Positions 20,903 through 32,000 of a stretch of DNA of 32,000 bases are shown piece by piece. The position numbers and the translations under genes are program-made. A model generated the notes under the pieces. It was not told the origin of the DNA, made no database searches, and saw only the letters and a program-made list of their open reading frames with translations. Each line of letters starts with the position of its first letter. Position 1 is the stretch's first letter. The stretch lies in the sequence record HF562234.1. One strand, given 5' to 3'.

Positions 20903-21421
20903 TTAGTTATTTACGTTATTCGATCTTCTAGTCATTTTCAACCAGTTTTGAGCTTCAATATAATTATTAGGAGCTAAATATATTGCTTGTTGCCAATATT
21001 CTGCGGCTTTATCAAACATGGTTTTTGATACATTTAGATTATTTTTATCAGCTGCTTTTAATCCTTGATAGTGATATATTACAGCAATATTGTTTAAAGC
21101 TTGTGGTAATTTATTATTTAATTCTAATGCTTGATGATAATATTCAAGTGCTTTAATATGTTCCCCGTTACTTGCATAAATTAGGCCTATATTGTATAGT
21201 ATGTATGATCTGTCATATGGATCTTCTTCTAAGCCTAAAGCTTCATAATAATTTTCTAGCGCTTCTGCATATTCACCTTCTGACTGTGCAGACATACCAT
21301 CTCTATAGTAACAAAAAGCTTGTTTTTCTTCTTTACTTGTAGGTAAAACTTTTAATACTATATCGGCTAATACTGTAAAAGTTTTATCTATGAAATTATC
21401 ATTTTTTTGTAAACGCGGCAT
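20903..21421 (-). CDS. ycf3: Photosystem I assembly protein Ycf3 (TPR)
   Basis: 172 aa. [21 protein letters not shown]..., [25 protein letters not shown] and three TPR units are diagnostic of Ycf3. Confidence 0.96.
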   Translation of the reverse strand: MPRLQKNDNFIDKTFTVLADIVLKVLPTSKEEKQAFCYYRDGMSAQSEGEYAEALENYYEALGLEEDPYDRSYILYNIGLIYASNGEHIKALEYYHQALELNNKLPQALNNIAVIYHYQGLKAADKNNLNVSKTMFDKAAEYWQQAIYLAPNNYIEAQNWLKMTRRSNNVNN

Positions 21422-21598
21422 ATTTATCCTTTAATCTTTATATTTTAATACAACGTCTTATGTTGCTATATTCTATTATTTCTTTTATTTATAATAAAAA
21501 TATATCTGATAGTATTTTTTGTATTTTGTCGTTACTCATAATAGATTTTTCCATCAATATTAAATAATTATAAACATCATTAGTTTAAATTTCAAATC

Positions 21599-23926
21599 AT
21601 GAAAAATATGACAAACAAAATTTTATATCATTGTAAGGTATTTAAGGTAAAAAGAAGATTTTCTAATTTTATATACTGTATATCATTGAAAAAGCAAGAT
21701 CAAGAATCTATTTTTTTATTAAAAAATCCAATGTTAGTATATACATTAGAAGAAATAGAAAAAGTTGAAAAAAAAAGTCTTATGTTGGATACATCAGTAG
21801 AAATAATTGATGATCAAGATATAAAATTAGTTTCCGATTTTACTCCTAAATTTGAAAAAAAACATAAAAATTCTTCTCGTTCTGAAAGTAATATAGAAGA
21901 TAAAAAAAATAAAACTAAAATAAAAAAGAAAGCTCGTAGTCAAATGATTTTGGATAATGATGAAATTTTTATTGACGACCATAAATTAATTCCTAATTCT
22001 AATAAAGATTCTGTAAATATTTCTTTGCCTAAACTCTCTAAGCAAAAAAAACAAAAGAAAAAAATTAAAGTTAAGAAAAATTTATTAAAAGATATCTCAG
22101 ATAATATAAATCTGAATACAGAATGTTTGCAGGATGCAAAAATTAATCATAATCATCTTGATAAAAATATAGTAAAAAAAGAAATAATAATAGATAGTCC
22201 TTTAACAATAGAACAATTAGCATATAAATTAAATGTTCCGGAAGCTGCGATAATTACATGGCTATTCTTACAAGGTGTTTCTGTAACTATTAATCAAGTT
22301 GTTGATATTTCGATAGCTTCTCAAGTTGCAAGTCATTATGATTTTACTATATTAGATTCATCTATTCATACAAAAGAAAATCATAAAAATAAGATTGACA
22401 TTATAAATGGTCAAAAGAGAGCTCCAATTGTAGTTATTTTCGGACATGTAGATCACGGTAAGACTACTTTATTAGACAGTATTAGAAAAACTAATACAGT
22501 CTCTCATGAAGTAGGTGGTATTACTCAATCGATTATAGGTTATGAAGTTGAGCACCAATACTTTGCGACGAAAGAACAATTAGTCTTTTTGGATACGCCT
22601 GGTCATCAAGCTTTTTCAAGTATGAGATTAAGAGGAGCTCAAGTAAGTGATGTAGCTATTTTACTAGTTGCTGCTGATGATGGATTAAAAAAACAAACTA
22701 TTGAAGCGATTGATTATATTATGAATAATCAAATACCGTACATAGTTGCTATTAATAAAACTGATAAGTTAGATCTTAATCTTTCAATAGTTAGAGAACA
22801 GTTAGCAAATTATAATATTGTTGACCAAAACATGTACGGTAATAGTAATATAATAGAAATCAGTGCTTTAACGGGTAAAAATATAGACTTATTGTTAAAT
22901 CAAATATGTGAACTATCTAATAAATTATCTTTAAAATCCGATAACAATTCTCTAGCTCAAGGTACGATTTTAGAATCTTATTTAGATAAACAAATGGGAG
23001 CTGTTGCAAATATTGTAATTAAAAATGGTGCACTAAAAGTTGGGCATACAATAGTTTCAGGTAATACTTATGGACGTATTAAAGCAATTATGGATCATAC
23101 AGGTTCAAAAATTAATTATGCTATAGCTTCTTCAGTCGTAAATATTTATGGTTTTCCTTCTATACCTGAAGCAGGTCTTCATTTTCAAGTTATAAAAAGC
23201 GAGAAAAATTCTAAATATTTGATAAATAAATACATTCATAAGCATACAGAGTCTAATATTAATAAATCATTAAATAAACGAATTACATTAGATAGTTGTA
23301 GTAATAAATCAAGACTTAAGCAAGTTAACTTAATTATTAAAGCTGATACACAAGGTTCCATAGAAGCTATAATAAATTCTTTGGCACAAATACCGCAAGA
23401 TAAAGTGCAACTTAATATATTGTCCGCAACTTCAGGATGCATATGTCATAAAGACATTGATTTAGCAACTACTAGTAAATCAGCTATTATAGGTTTCAAT
23501 ACTAATATAGAAACTACCATTAGTAAGTTAGCTAAGAAATTAGATCTCAATATACAAAAATTTGAAGTGATTTATGATTTATTAGAATATCTTCAAGATT
23601 ATATGCTAAATTTAATGGATATTGAATATGATAAAGTAGAAATTGGAGAAGCTATTATTAAAACAGTCTTTCATGTTAATAAAGGTATGGTTGCAGGTTG
23701 CATCGTAAATCGAGGTAAGTTAAAAAGAAATGCACATATAGTAATTTACCGTGATAAAGAATTACTTTATAAAGGTAAATTAGATTCTTTAAAGCACATG
23801 AAAGATAATATTGATGAAGTCTTAGAAGGAAATGAGTGTGGCGTTATGTGTAATAATTATAATGATTTTATAAAATTTGATATTATAAAAGCTTATGAAC
23901 TTATTAAAGTACAAAAAGTTTTATAG
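21599..23926 (+). CDS. infB: Translation initiation factor IF-2
   Basis: 775 aa. The G domain has GHVDHGKTTLLD, DTPGH and NKTD motifs from about aa 280. The conserved C-terminal domains are present. The N-terminal ~200 aa are Lys-rich and low-complexity, so the true start is uncertain (no SD at 21599). Confidence 0.9.
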   Translation: MKNMTNKILYHCKVFKVKRRFSNFIYCISLKKQDQESIFLLKNPMLVYTLEEIEKVEKKSLMLDTSVEIIDDQDIKLVSDFTPKFEKKHKNSSRSESNIEDKKNKTKIKKKARSQMILDNDEIFIDDHKLIPNSNKDSVNISLPKLSKQKKQKKKIKVKKNLLKDISDNINLNTECLQDAKINHNHLDKNIVKKEIIIDSPLTIEQLAYKLNVPEAAIITWLFLQGVSVTINQVVDISIASQVASHYDFTILDSSIHTKENHKNKIDIINGQKRAPIVVIFGHVDHGKTTLLDSIRKTNTVSHEVGGITQSIIGYEVEHQYFATKEQLVFLDTPGHQAFSSMRLRGAQVSDVAILLVAADDGLKKQTIEAIDYIMNNQIPYIVAINKTDKLDLNLSIVREQLANYNIVDQNMYGNSNIIEISALTGKNIDLLLNQICELSNKLSLKSDNNSLAQGTILESYLDKQMGAVANIVIKNGALKVGHTIVSGNTYGRIKAIMDHTGSKINYAIASSVVNIYGFPSIPEAGLHFQVIKSEKNSKYLINKYIHKHTESNINKSLNKRITLDSCSNKSRLKQVNLIIKADTQGSIEAIINSLAQIPQDKVQLNILSATSGCICHKDIDLATTSKSAIIGFNTNIETTISKLAKKLDLNIQKFEVIYDLLEYLQDYMLNLMDIEYDKVEIGEAIIKTVFHVNKGMVAGCIVNRGKLKRNAHIVIYRDKELLYKGKLDSLKHMKDNIDEVLEGNECGVMCNNYNDFIKFDIIKAYELIKVQKVL

Positions 23927-23927
23927 A

Positions 23928-23962
23928 ATAAATAATGTAAAATATATTTTTACATTATTTAT
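23928..23962. terminator. 15-bp perfect stem-loop between convergent infB and rps18
   Basis: ataaataatgtaaaa (23928-23942) pairs with ttttacattatttat (23948-23962) around the 5-nt loop tatat. It begins 2 nt after the infB stop codon. Confidence 0.6.
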
Positions 23963-23996
23963 ATTAAAGACAATAATGATAAAGAATTTAGTATAT

Positions 23997-24209
23997 CTAA
24001 TCTCTATTAAAAAAAGGGAGTAATGAAAGAATACGTGCTCTTTTAATAGATTTTGTTAGTTTTTTCTGTTTTTTTGCACTAAGACCTGTTGAACGTCTAG
24101 ATAAAATTTTTCCTTGGTCAGAAATGAATTTTCTTAATAAGTCTATATCCTTATAATCAAGAATTTCATGTTGCTTAACAGGTGAAGATTTTTTTTTATA
24201 TAAAATCAT
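23997..24209 (-). CDS. rps18: 30S ribosomal protein S18
   Basis: 70 aa. [50 protein letters not shown] is the canonical S18 core. Confidence 0.95.
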   Translation of the reverse strand: MILYKKKSSPVKQHEILDYKDIDLLRKFISDQGKILSRRSTGLSAKKQKKLTKSIKRARILSLLPFFNRD

Positions 24210-24245
24210 ATATTTCTGTGTATTAATAACTTATTTTTATTAATA

Positions 24246-24443
24246 TTATTTAATTTCTTTAAAATTAGAATGTCTATTACAATTTGGACAAAATTTCTTG
24301 ATTTCTAAGCGATTAGGTGTATTTCTTCTATTTTTTGAAGTTGTGTAGCGAAAAATTCCAGCTTTTCTTTTCATATTACTTGAAAGATTTCTACATTCAC
24401 ATTCTAAAGTAATTATTCTTCTTGCTCCTTTATTTTTTCCCAT
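24246..24443 (-). CDS. rpl33: 50S ribosomal protein L33
   Basis: 65 aa. [26 protein letters not shown] is the L33 signature. It lies upstream of rps18, as in the cyanobacterial rpmG-rpsR pair. Confidence 0.95.
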   Translation of the reverse strand: MGKNKGARRIITLECECRNLSSNMKRKAGIFRYTTSKNRRNTPNRLEIKKFCPNCNRHSNFKEIK

Positions 24444-24621
24444 TTTTCATTTATTATTAGTTTGTATATTCATTATCTCATGTTTGCATGTTAACTATCA
24501 AGTCTAAATATTATTTGTACATATTATTTTATTAAAATTATGTATATATTTCACAAATAATATAATAACTCTTGACTGATGTTATCTGACTGTATTTTAC
24601 TTTTTTTATATTGTGAATTTT

Positions 24622-24882
24622 ATGACCAAAAATTTGTCCTTAACTACAAAAACTAGAGTATCTTTAAGAAACCGTTCTAGAAACCGAGCTTATAAGTCAG
24701 TTATTAAAACTTTAACTAAAAGCTATCTTAATAATGTAAATAATGCCAATTTTCAAGAAAATTTATCGAACTTATCTTGTATTTACAGTAAAATAGATAA
24801 AGCAGTTAAAAAAGGAGTTCTGCATAAAAATTGTGGTGCTCGTAAGAAGTCTTTTTTAGCACGTGCAATGAAAAGTCACTGA
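24622..24882 (+). CDS. rps20: 30S ribosomal protein S20
   Basis: Basic, helical protein. MTKNLSLTTKTRVSLRNRSRNRAYKSVIKTLTK...KKGVLHKNCGARKKSFLA fits S20. The ORF track starts at an upstream GTG (24613). I prefer the ATG at 24622, which gives an S20-like N-terminus. Confidence 0.85.
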   Translation: MTKNLSLTTKTRVSLRNRSRNRAYKSVIKTLTKSYLNNVNNANFQENLSNLSCIYSKIDKAVKKGVLHKNCGARKKSFLARAMKSH

Positions 24883-24923
24883 ATATAATTATAAATATAT
24901 TGCTCTTAATTTCTATAATTCTC

Positions 24924-24941
24924 AGACTACTAATGTAGTCT
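24924..24941 (+). terminator. Short stem-loop downstream of rps20
   Basis: agactac (24924-24930) pairs with gtagtct (24935-24941) around a 4-nt loop. It lies about 40 nt after the rps20 stop. No U-run follows. Confidence 0.3.
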
Positions 24942-25079
24942 ATCAAATTTAAAACTACATAATCATATATTTTACCATTTTTCTTTGATCTAAAATTTAT
25001 TTTTAAAGTAACTATTAGATTGATAACAACTAAAGTATATTCACTTTAGAGTGTTCCAAGTATTATTTCAAAGCTTTTA

Positions 25080-28000
25080 ATGTCAATCAATAACAACATT
25101 CAATCTATTTTTCCAGATTTAGTTTCTGTTCAAAGAGAAAGTTTTAGATCTTTTTTATCTGAAGGCTTAGGAGAAGTTTTAAACTCTTTTCCTATTATTA
25201 TGGATCCCACTGGTAAATTAGAATTGGAATTTTTTGGTATAGACTACAAACTAAAATTTCCTCGTTACAGTGTTAGGAAGGCAAAAAGTAGAGATCGTAC
25301 ATATAGTGCTCAAATTTATATTCCTTCTAAATTAACTCGAAAAGATACAGAATTAATTAAAAAAAATAAAAATACAGATATTTTTGATTTATTTAATGTT
25401 AAAGAAGCAAATAAAAAATATAAAAAAAGGCCCGTCTTTGTAGGAGACCTACCTTTAATGACAAATCAAGGTGCTTTTATTATATCAGGTACAGAAAGAG
25501 TAATTATAAATCAAATTGTTAGAAGTCCAGGTATATATTATAAAAAAGAATTGGATAAAAACGATAAACATGTATATAGTGCCAGTTTAATTTCTAACCG
25601 TGGATCTTGGCTTAAGTTTGAAATAGATGCAAAAGATCAAATATGGGTTCGAATTGACAAAACGCATAAAGTAAATGCTTACGTCTTTCTGAGAGCAATA
25701 GGTATAAATAGTGAAGATATAAAAAAAAATATTACAAAATATTCTTTTCTTTTAAATGCTTCATCGTTATATGAAAAAAAAGAACTTGATAAAGAAATAG
25801 GAAAACTTTCTGTAGAAGAAGTAACAGATGAAGAATCTTTACTAATTATTTATAGTAAATTACGTCCTAATGAACCAGCTACAGTAGCTGGTTCAAAACA
25901 AATGCTGTATGCTCGTTTTTTTGATCCTAAGCGATATGATCTAGGTGAAGTTGGTCGTTATAAAATAAATAAAAAATTAAATTTAAAAATATCTAAATCC
26001 TTTAAAGTTTTATGTCCAAAAGATATTTTGGCTGCAATTGATTACTTAATTAATCTTAAAGAACAGAATATAGGAACTTTTGATGATATAGATCATCTAG
26101 GTAATCGAAGAGTTCGCTCTGTAGGAGAACTATTGCAAAATCAGATACGTATTGGACTAAATCGTTTAGAAAGAATTATTCGTGAACGTATGATTATTTG
26201 TGATTTGGATTCTTTAAGTCTATCTAATCTAGTAAACCCGAAACCTTTAATGGCAGCCGTAAGAGAATTTTTTGGATCTAGTCAATTATCCCAATTTATG
26301 GACCAAACGAATCCATTGGCTGAATTAACACATAAAAGAAGAATTAGTGCTTTAGGACCTGGTGGCTTAAATAAAGATCGTGCTGGTTTTGCAGTTCGAG
26401 ATTTACATCCTAGTCATTATGGGCGTATTTGTCCAATTGAAACTCCTGAAGGACCTAATGCTGGTTTAATAGGCTCTTTAAGTATTTATGCTAGAGTTAA
26501 TAAATACGGATTTATTGAGACACCTTGCTATAGTGTTGAAAAAGGAAGAGTAGTTAGAGGCAAAAAGCCCTCTTATTTTACTGCTGATGAAGAAGATAAT
26601 TTAAGAATAGCACCAGCAGATATAACAATTGATAGTAATGATTATATTAATAATGATATTATACCTGTTCGATATAGGCAAGAGTTTGTTACGTCTTCAA
26701 TTGATCAAGTAGATTATATCTTAGTATCTCCTATTCAAATTATGTCTGCAGCAACATCGTTAATTCCTTTTTTGGAACATGATGATGCTAACCGTGCTTT
26801 AATGGGATCAAATATGCAAAGACAAGCAGTACCTTTGCTATATACAGAAAAACCTATAGTTGGTACGGGTTTAGAAGCTAACTTTGCAAGAGATTCTGGT
26901 ATGGTTGTTACTAGCCGTACAGATGGTTTAGTCAGTTATGTATCAGGTACTAAGATAGGAATTCAGGATTTAGAAGGTAAAATAATACATTATAGATTAA
27001 AAAAATATTATCGTTCTAATCAAGATACGTGTATTAATCAACGTCCTATTGTATGGCCAGGAGAAAAAGTAGTAATTGGCCAAACAATTGCAGATGGAGC
27101 TTCTACAGATGGTGGCGAGATAGCATTGGGCCGTAATATTTTAGTTTCTTATATGCCTTGGGAAGGTTATAATTATGAAGATGCGTTTTTAATTAGTGAA
27201 CGTTTAGTATATGAAGATATTTATACATCTATTCATATTGAAAGATATGAGTTGGAGTGTAGGCAAACAAAATTAGGTCCAGAAGAAATTACTCGTGATA
27301 TTCCTAATGTAAGCGAAACATCTGTTAGCTTATTAGATAAAAATGGAATTATTACTGTTGGCTCTTGGGTAGATTCGGGAGATATATTAATAGGTAAAAT
27401 CACGCCTAAAGGAGAAGCAGATCAATTACCAGAAGGTAAATTATTAAGAGCTATTTTTGGTGAAAAAGCTAGAGATGTAAGAGATACATCATTAAGACTA
27501 CCTAATGCAGCTAAAGGTAGAGTAGTAAATATAAAAGTATTTACACGAAAAAAAGGTGATGAGTTACCACCAGGCACGAATGCTATTATTCGAGTATATG
27601 TTGCTCAGAAAAGAAAAATTCAAGTTGGCGATAAAATGGCTGGTCGACACGGAAATAAGGGAATCATTTCTCGAATATTGCCCAGACAAGATATGCCATA
27701 TTTGCCTAATGGAACTCCTGTTGATATTGTATTAAATCCATTAGGTGTACCCTCTAGAATGAATGTTGGTCAACTTTTTGAGTGTTTACTAGGTTTAGCA
27801 GGAGAATATTTAGGTAAACGATTTAAAATTCTTCCTTTTGATGAAATGTATGGTAAAGAAGCTTCGAGAGCATTAGTAAATAATAAATTAAAACAAGCAA
27901 GTTTATTAAATAAGCAACAATGGTTATTTGAGCCTTTGCATCCTGGTAAAATCATATTATTTGATGGAAGAACTGGAGAACCTTTTGATAATCCAGTGAC

Positions 28001-28526
28001 TGTTGGTAAAGCATATATTTTAAAACTAGTACATTTAGTAGATGATAAGATACATGCTCGTTCAACAGGTCCTTATTCTTTGGTTACTCAGCAACCATTA
28101 GGTGGACGTGCTCAACATGGAGGTCAAAGATTAGGAGAAATGGAAGTGTGGGCTTTAGAAGCATTTGGAGCTGCATATACTTTACAAGAATTATTAACAG
28201 TTAAGTCTGATGATATGCAAGGAAGAAATGAAGCTTTAAATGCTATTGTAAAAGGAAAACCTATACCTAAGCCAGGTACTCCTGAATCATTTAAAGTTCT
28301 TATGCGAGAATTACAGTCTTTAGGTTTAGATATTGCTGTCCATAAAGTTGAATTATTTGAAAATGGTGAAAATAAAGGTGTTGAAATTGATTTAATGTCT
28401 AATGAAGTAGATCTAATTAATTTTAAGAACAATAAATCAGACAATGTGTATGATAAAACGCTAAAAACTAAGCCTTTTAATAAAAAACATATATATTCTG
28501 ACTTAGATATAACAAATAATAATTAA
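25080..28526 (+). CDS. rpoB: DNA-directed RNA polymerase beta subunit
   Basis: 1148 aa. Conserved blocks include [55 protein letters not shown] and [25 protein letters not shown]. Confidence 0.98.
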   Translation: MSINNNIQSIFPDLVSVQRESFRSFLSEGLGEVLNSFPIIMDPTGKLELEFFGIDYKLKFPRYSVRKAKSRDRTYSAQIYIPSKLTRKDTELIKKNKNTDIFDLFNVKEANKKYKKRPVFVGDLPLMTNQGAFIISGTERVIINQIVRSPGIYYKKELDKNDKHVYSASLISNRGSWLKFEIDAKDQIWVRIDKTHKVNAYVFLRAIGINSEDIKKNITKYSFLLNASSLYEKKELDKEIGKLSVEEVTDEESLLIIYSKLRPNEPATVAGSKQMLYARFFDPKRYDLGEVGRYKINKKLNLKISKSFKVLCPKDILAAIDYLINLKEQNIGTFDDIDHLGNRRVRSVGELLQNQIRIGLNRLERIIRERMIICDLDSLSLSNLVNPKPLMAAVREFFGSSQLSQFMDQTNPLAELTHKRRISALGPGGLNKDRAGFAVRDLHPSHYGRICPIETPEGPNAGLIGSLSIYARVNKYGFIETPCYSVEKGRVVRGKKPSYFTADEEDNLRIAPADITIDSNDYINNDIIPVRYRQEFVTSSIDQVDYILVSPIQIMSAATSLIPFLEHDDANRALMGSNMQRQAVPLLYTEKPIVGTGLEANFARDSGMVVTSRTDGLVSYVSGTKIGIQDLEGKIIHYRLKKYYRSNQDTCINQRPIVWPGEKVVIGQTIADGASTDGGEIALGRNILVSYMPWEGYNYEDAFLISERLVYEDIYTSIHIERYELECRQTKLGPEEITRDIPNVSETSVSLLDKNGIITVGSWVDSGDILIGKITPKGEADQLPEGKLLRAIFGEKARDVRDTSLRLPNAAKGRVVNIKVFTRKKGDELPPGTNAIIRVYVAQKRKIQVGDKMAGRHGNKGIISRILPRQDMPYLPNGTPVDIVLNPLGVPSRMNVGQLFECLLGLAGEYLGKRFKILPFDEMYGKEASRALVNNKLKQASLLNKQQWLFEPLHPGKIILFDGRTGEPFDNPVTVGKAYILKLVHLVDDKIHARSTGPYSLVTQQPLGGRAQHGGQRLGEMEVWALEAFGAAYTLQELLTVKSDDMQGRNEALNAIVKGKPIPKPGTPESFKVLMRELQSLGLDIAVHKVELFENGENKGVEIDLMSNEVDLINFKNNKSDNVYDKTLKTKPFNKKHIYSDLDITNNN

Positions 28527-28559
28527 ATATTTTTTATTTTCATAGGGATATATTTGTCT

Positions 28560-30449
28560 ATGACTAAATTTGAACGGCATTTTGATTATGTAAAAATTAG
28601 TTTAGCTTCACCGGATAAAATAAGGCAATGGGGAGAAAGAATATTACCTAATGGACAAATAGTAGGTGAAGTTACTAAACCTGAAACAATTAATTATAGA
28701 ACTTTAAAACCAGAAATGGACGGTCTTTTTTGTGAGCGTATTTTTGGTCCTGTTAAAGATTGGGAATGTCATTGTGGTAAATATAAGAGATTTAGATATA
28801 AAGGTGTTGTATGTGAAAGATGTGGCGTTGAAGTAACAGAATCTAAAGTTAGACGGCATAGAATGGGTTATATCGAACTCTCTGCACCGGTTACTCATGT
28901 TTGGTATCTAAAAGGTAGTACTAGTTATATTGCATTAGCACTAGATCTAGCTGTTAAAGAAGTTGAAAAAATAGTCTATTTTCATTCATATGTCGTTACT
29001 AACCCAGGAAACTATAATAAATTATATTATAAGCAGTTATTAGAAGGGTATGAATGGAGGGCTTTAGAAGATAAATTATATCCTAAATCCTCTAATTTAT
29101 TTGGTCTTGAAGTTAGTATGGGAGCTGAAGCAATTTATAAATTGTTAAAAGATATGGATCTTACAACAACTGTCGAAATATTAAGAGAAGAAGCACTTAA
29201 ACCTCCAAAAATATCTAAGAATCCATCTCCTAGATTTAATAAGAAAATGAAGAGGTTACGTTTACTTGAAAATTTTATATCGACAGGTGTTGAACCTTCA
29301 TGGATGGTGTTTTCTGTCATACCTGTTATACCTCCAGATCTTAGACCTATGGTACAATTAGATGGTGGTAGATTTGCAACAGCTGATTTAAATGAATTTT
29401 ATCGTAGAATTATTAATAGAAATAATCGTCTGGCTAGATTAAAAGCTATACTTGCACCAGAAATAATTATTAGAAATGAAAAAAGGATGTTGCAAGAGGC
29501 TGTAGATTCATTGATGGACAATGGAAGACGTGGAAGAACAGTTGTTGGCGCACATAATCGACCTTTAAAATCTTTGTCAGATATTATTGAAGGCAAGCAA
29601 GGACGATTTAGACAAAATTTATTAGGTAAACGTGTAGATTATTCAGGCAGATCTGTTATAGTTGTTGGACCCAATTTAAAATTACATCAATGTGGTTTAC
29701 CAAGAGAAATGGCATTAGAGCTATTTCAACCTTTTGTAATACATCGTTTGATTTTACAGGGTTTAGTCAATAATATTAAAGCTGCTAAAAAAATAATTCA
29801 ACGAAGTGAACCAGTTGTGTGGAATGTTTTAAAAGAAGTGATTCATGGACATCCTGTTTTACTAAATAGAGCACCTACTTTACATCGTTTAGGAATTCAA
29901 GCTTTTGAGCCAATTCTTGTAGAAGGTAGGGCAATTAAGCTACATCCTCTTGTTTGTCCAGCATTTAATGCAGATTTTGATGGTGATCAAATGGCTGTAC
30001 ATATTCCTTTATCTTTAGAAGCACAAGCAGAAGCACGTTTGTTAATGTTAGCACCACATAATTTTTTATCTCCAGCAACAGGCCAACCTATTTTAATGCC
30101 GAGTCAAGATATGGTATTGGGTTGCTACTACTTAACTGCTAATAATCCAGCTTCTCAAAAAGGCAAGGGACAATATTTTGCCAATTTAGAAGATGTTCTT
30201 ATGGCTTATGAACAAAAATTAATAGACTTACATGCTTTTATTTGGGTTCGATTTGAAGGATTGGTAGAAAATGCTCATGATGATGTATTAATTAAATCTC
30301 AAACAAATGAGAATGGACAAACCACATCTATTTTTATAGACAAAATAATCAAGAAAGATGCAAATAAAAATCTCCTTGTTCAATATATTAGAACAACAGC
30401 TGGTCGTATTTTATTTAATAAAGTAATACAAGATTCTATAGTTAGATAA
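28560..30449 (+). CDS. rpoC1: DNA-directed RNA polymerase gamma (beta' N-terminal) subunit
   Basis: Contains the Zn-binding CHCGKYK...CERCGVEV motif, the catalytic [12 protein letters not shown] motif and [15 protein letters not shown]. The ORF track starts at TTG 28554, but an ATG at 28560 follows an AGGGA motif (28544-28548). The split rpoC1/rpoC2 arrangement is cyanobacterial/plastid. Confidence 0.96.
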   Translation: MTKFERHFDYVKISLASPDKIRQWGERILPNGQIVGEVTKPETINYRTLKPEMDGLFCERIFGPVKDWECHCGKYKRFRYKGVVCERCGVEVTESKVRRHRMGYIELSAPVTHVWYLKGSTSYIALALDLAVKEVEKIVYFHSYVVTNPGNYNKLYYKQLLEGYEWRALEDKLYPKSSNLFGLEVSMGAEAIYKLLKDMDLTTTVEILREEALKPPKISKNPSPRFNKKMKRLRLLENFISTGVEPSWMVFSVIPVIPPDLRPMVQLDGGRFATADLNEFYRRIINRNNRLARLKAILAPEIIIRNEKRMLQEAVDSLMDNGRRGRTVVGAHNRPLKSLSDIIEGKQGRFRQNLLGKRVDYSGRSVIVVGPNLKLHQCGLPREMALELFQPFVIHRLILQGLVNNIKAAKKIIQRSEPVVWNVLKEVIHGHPVLLNRAPTLHRLGIQAFEPILVEGRAIKLHPLVCPAFNADFDGDQMAVHIPLSLEAQAEARLLMLAPHNFLSPATGQPILMPSQDMVLGCYYLTANNPASQKGKGQYFANLEDVLMAYEQKLIDLHAFIWVRFEGLVENAHDDVLIKSQTNENGQTTSIFIDKIIKKDANKNLLVQYIRTTAGRILFNKVIQDSIVR

Positions 30450-30491
30450 TATCTGAATTTAGTAATATATTACGCATTACAAGGATATTTT

Positions 30492-32000
30492 ATGAGAAAA
30501 AAATTGTTACAGCCAAAATTTATTAATAAAGTTATTGATAAGGTTCAATTAAAGCAAATTATTATATGGGCTTTTAGAAATTATGGTATAGCTCATGCAT
30601 CTAATATGGCGGATAAGATCAAAGATTTAGGATTTTATTATGCTACTAAGGCAGGAATTTCTTTAAGTTTAGAAGATTTGAGAATACCACCTGTTAAAGA
30701 ACAATTATTAGCTAAAACTATTTATTCAATAGCAGAAACAGATAAAAGACATAAAAGAGGTGAAATTACAACAGTTGAAAGATTTCAAAAAGTTATAGAT
30801 ACTTGGAATAACGCTAGTGAAACTTTAAAAAAAGAAATCATACTATATTTTAAAAATACGGATCCACTAAATACTATTTATATGATGGCTTTTTCAGGGG
30901 CCCGTGGTAATATTTCTCAGGTTAGACAATTAGTTGGTATGCGTGGATTAATGTCCGATCCACAAGGTCAAATTATTGATTTACCTATATCTAGTAACTT
31001 CAGAGAAGGATTAACAATTACAGATTACTTTATTTCATCTTATGGTGCTAGAAAGGGTTTAGTTGATACAGCGCTACGTACAGCAGATTCTGGTTATTTA
31101 ACACGTCGTCTTGTAGATGTAGCACAAGATGTAATTATTCGTGAAACTAATTGTAAAACATCCAAAGGTATTTTATTAGAAGAAATGGTTGACAATCAAA
31201 AAGTATTAATTTCTTTAAAACAAGCTCTAATAGGAAGAATATTAGCTGAAGATGTTGTAGATAATTTTACTAATAAAAGTATTGCCTACAAAGATCAATG
31301 TGTAGAACCTGAGTTAGCTAATTATATAGCAAGATCCGGTCGTAAAAGTATTTTAGTACGTTCTCCCATTACTTGTGATTCTATTCAATCTGTTTGTCAA
31401 TTATGTTATGGTTGGAATTTAGCTCATGGTAAAATGGTAGATCTTGGAGAAGCTGTGGGTATTATTGCTGCTCAATCTATTGGAGAACCTGGTACACAGT
31501 TAACAATGCGCACATTTCATACAGGCGGGGTGTTTACTGGAGAATTAGCACAAACAATAATTAGTCCCAAGGATGCTATTTTAGAGTATATGCAGAATAT
31601 GCCATTAACTAATGCTAGAACGCGTTATGGTGATGAAGCACAATTTGTTAATTCAGATTGTAAAATTAAACTTGTAGAGAGCAATGGCAATGAGATATTA
31701 ATTTCATTAACTAAAGGTTCATTATTATTAGCTGGGCATAAGTCAATAATAAAAGCTGGTTCAGTTATAGCTGAATATCCTTTAAGTAATCGTGTTATGA
31801 CAGAAAGAGCGCAAAATTCGGTAGTAGCTGATTGTTCGGGTAGTGTTCATATAGAAAATTTAAAAATAAAAGAAATAAGAAATAAACAAAATGTAATAAA
31901 AAGCGCTGAAACAAGTGGTGTTATTTGGATTTTGTCAGGAATAGTACATAATATAAACGATGATGCAAATATTATATTATCCCAGAATGAAAGAATATAT
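30492..32000 (+). CDS. rpoC2: DNA-directed RNA polymerase beta'' subunit, N-terminal 503 codons (continues beyond window end)
   Basis: Absent from the ORF track because no stop lies in the window. Translation from ATG 30492 gives MRKKLLQPKFINKVIDKVQLKQIIIWAFRNYGIAHASNMADKIKDLGFYYATKAGISLSLEDLRIPP..., later SSYGARKGLVDTALRTADSGYLTRRLVDVAQD and GEAVGIIAAQSIGEPGTQLTMRTFHTGG. The frame is open to base 32000. Confidence 0.96.
   Translation, partial: MRKKLLQPKFINKVIDKVQLKQIIIWAFRNYGIAHASNMADKIKDLGFYYATKAGISLSLEDLRIPPVKEQLLAKTIYSIAETDKRHKRGEITTVERFQKVIDTWNNASETLKKEIILYFKNTDPLNTIYMMAFSGARGNISQVRQLVGMRGLMSDPQGQIIDLPISSNFREGLTITDYFISSYGARKGLVDTALRTADSGYLTRRLVDVAQDVIIRETNCKTSKGILLEEMVDNQKVLISLKQALIGRILAEDVVDNFTNKSIAYKDQCVEPELANYIARSGRKSILVRSPITCDSIQSVCQLCYGWNLAHGKMVDLGEAVGIIAAQSIGEPGTQLTMRTFHTGGVFTGELAQTIISPKDAILEYMQNMPLTNARTRYGDEAQFVNSDCKIKLVESNGNEILISLTKGSLLLAGHKSIIKAGSVIAEYPLSNRVMTERAQNSVVADCSGSVHIENLKIKEIRNKQNVIKSAETSGVIWILSGIVHNINDDANIILSQNERIY

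Noticed and set aside
23236-23442. 68-aa minus-strand ORF inside infB
   Set aside because: It is antisense to the conserved C-terminal part of IF-2 and has no motifs.
24572-24598. TTGACT (24572-24577) plus TATTTT (24593-24598) as an rps20 promoter
   Set aside because: The -35 is near consensus, but the spacer is only 15 nt and the -10 is weak. It remains plausible but below my threshold for a feature call.
27770-28444. Minus-strand ORFs of 61 aa (27770-27955) and 106 aa (28124-28444) inside rpoB
   Set aside because: They are antisense to the most conserved part of rpoB. An open reverse frame is expected there from the codon bias of the sense gene.
28704-29596. Three minus-strand ORFs (64, 61 and 65 aa) inside rpoC1
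   Set aside because: They are antisense shadow ORFs with no independent support.

Overview
This window is a dense, strongly AT-rich fragment of a red-algal (rhodophyte) plastid genome. The assignment rests on gene content. The allophycocyanin operon apcE-apcA-apcB sits alongside accB, acpP, odpA/odpB, preA, pbsA, infB, secG, tatC, ycf45, ycf36 and ycf42. Cyanobacterial-type operon remnants are also present: rpl35-rpl20, rpl33-rps18, atpB-atpE and rpoB-rpoC1-rpoC2. I call 35 protein genes and 2 tRNAs, trnS(UGA) and initiator trnfM. Two genes run off the window ends (psaA at the 5' edge, rpoC2 at the 3' edge). Two are too short for the ORF track (petN, petM). All long ORFs are intact, with no frameshifts or internal stops seen. 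I see no introns, mobile elements, CRISPR arrays, long dispersed repeats or foreign-looking islands. I therefore do not think the window holds a novel multi-gene system such as a defence island. It looks like conserved plastid core. The only unassigned coding sequence is a 73-codon ORF directly upstream of accB, which may be a relic of the cyanobacterial efp-accB operon. Other second-look items are small. They include stem-loops at transcription-unit ends, a repeated hairpin motif in the atpB-ycf3 spacer, a palindrome between rpl35 and rpl20, and a C1:U72 initiator tRNA. They also include a CxC zinc knuckle in rpl33, an R3H-like tail in ycf45 with Tyr in place of His, and several ambiguous start codons. 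All homology calls come from reading the translations and recalling family motifs. No searches were run.
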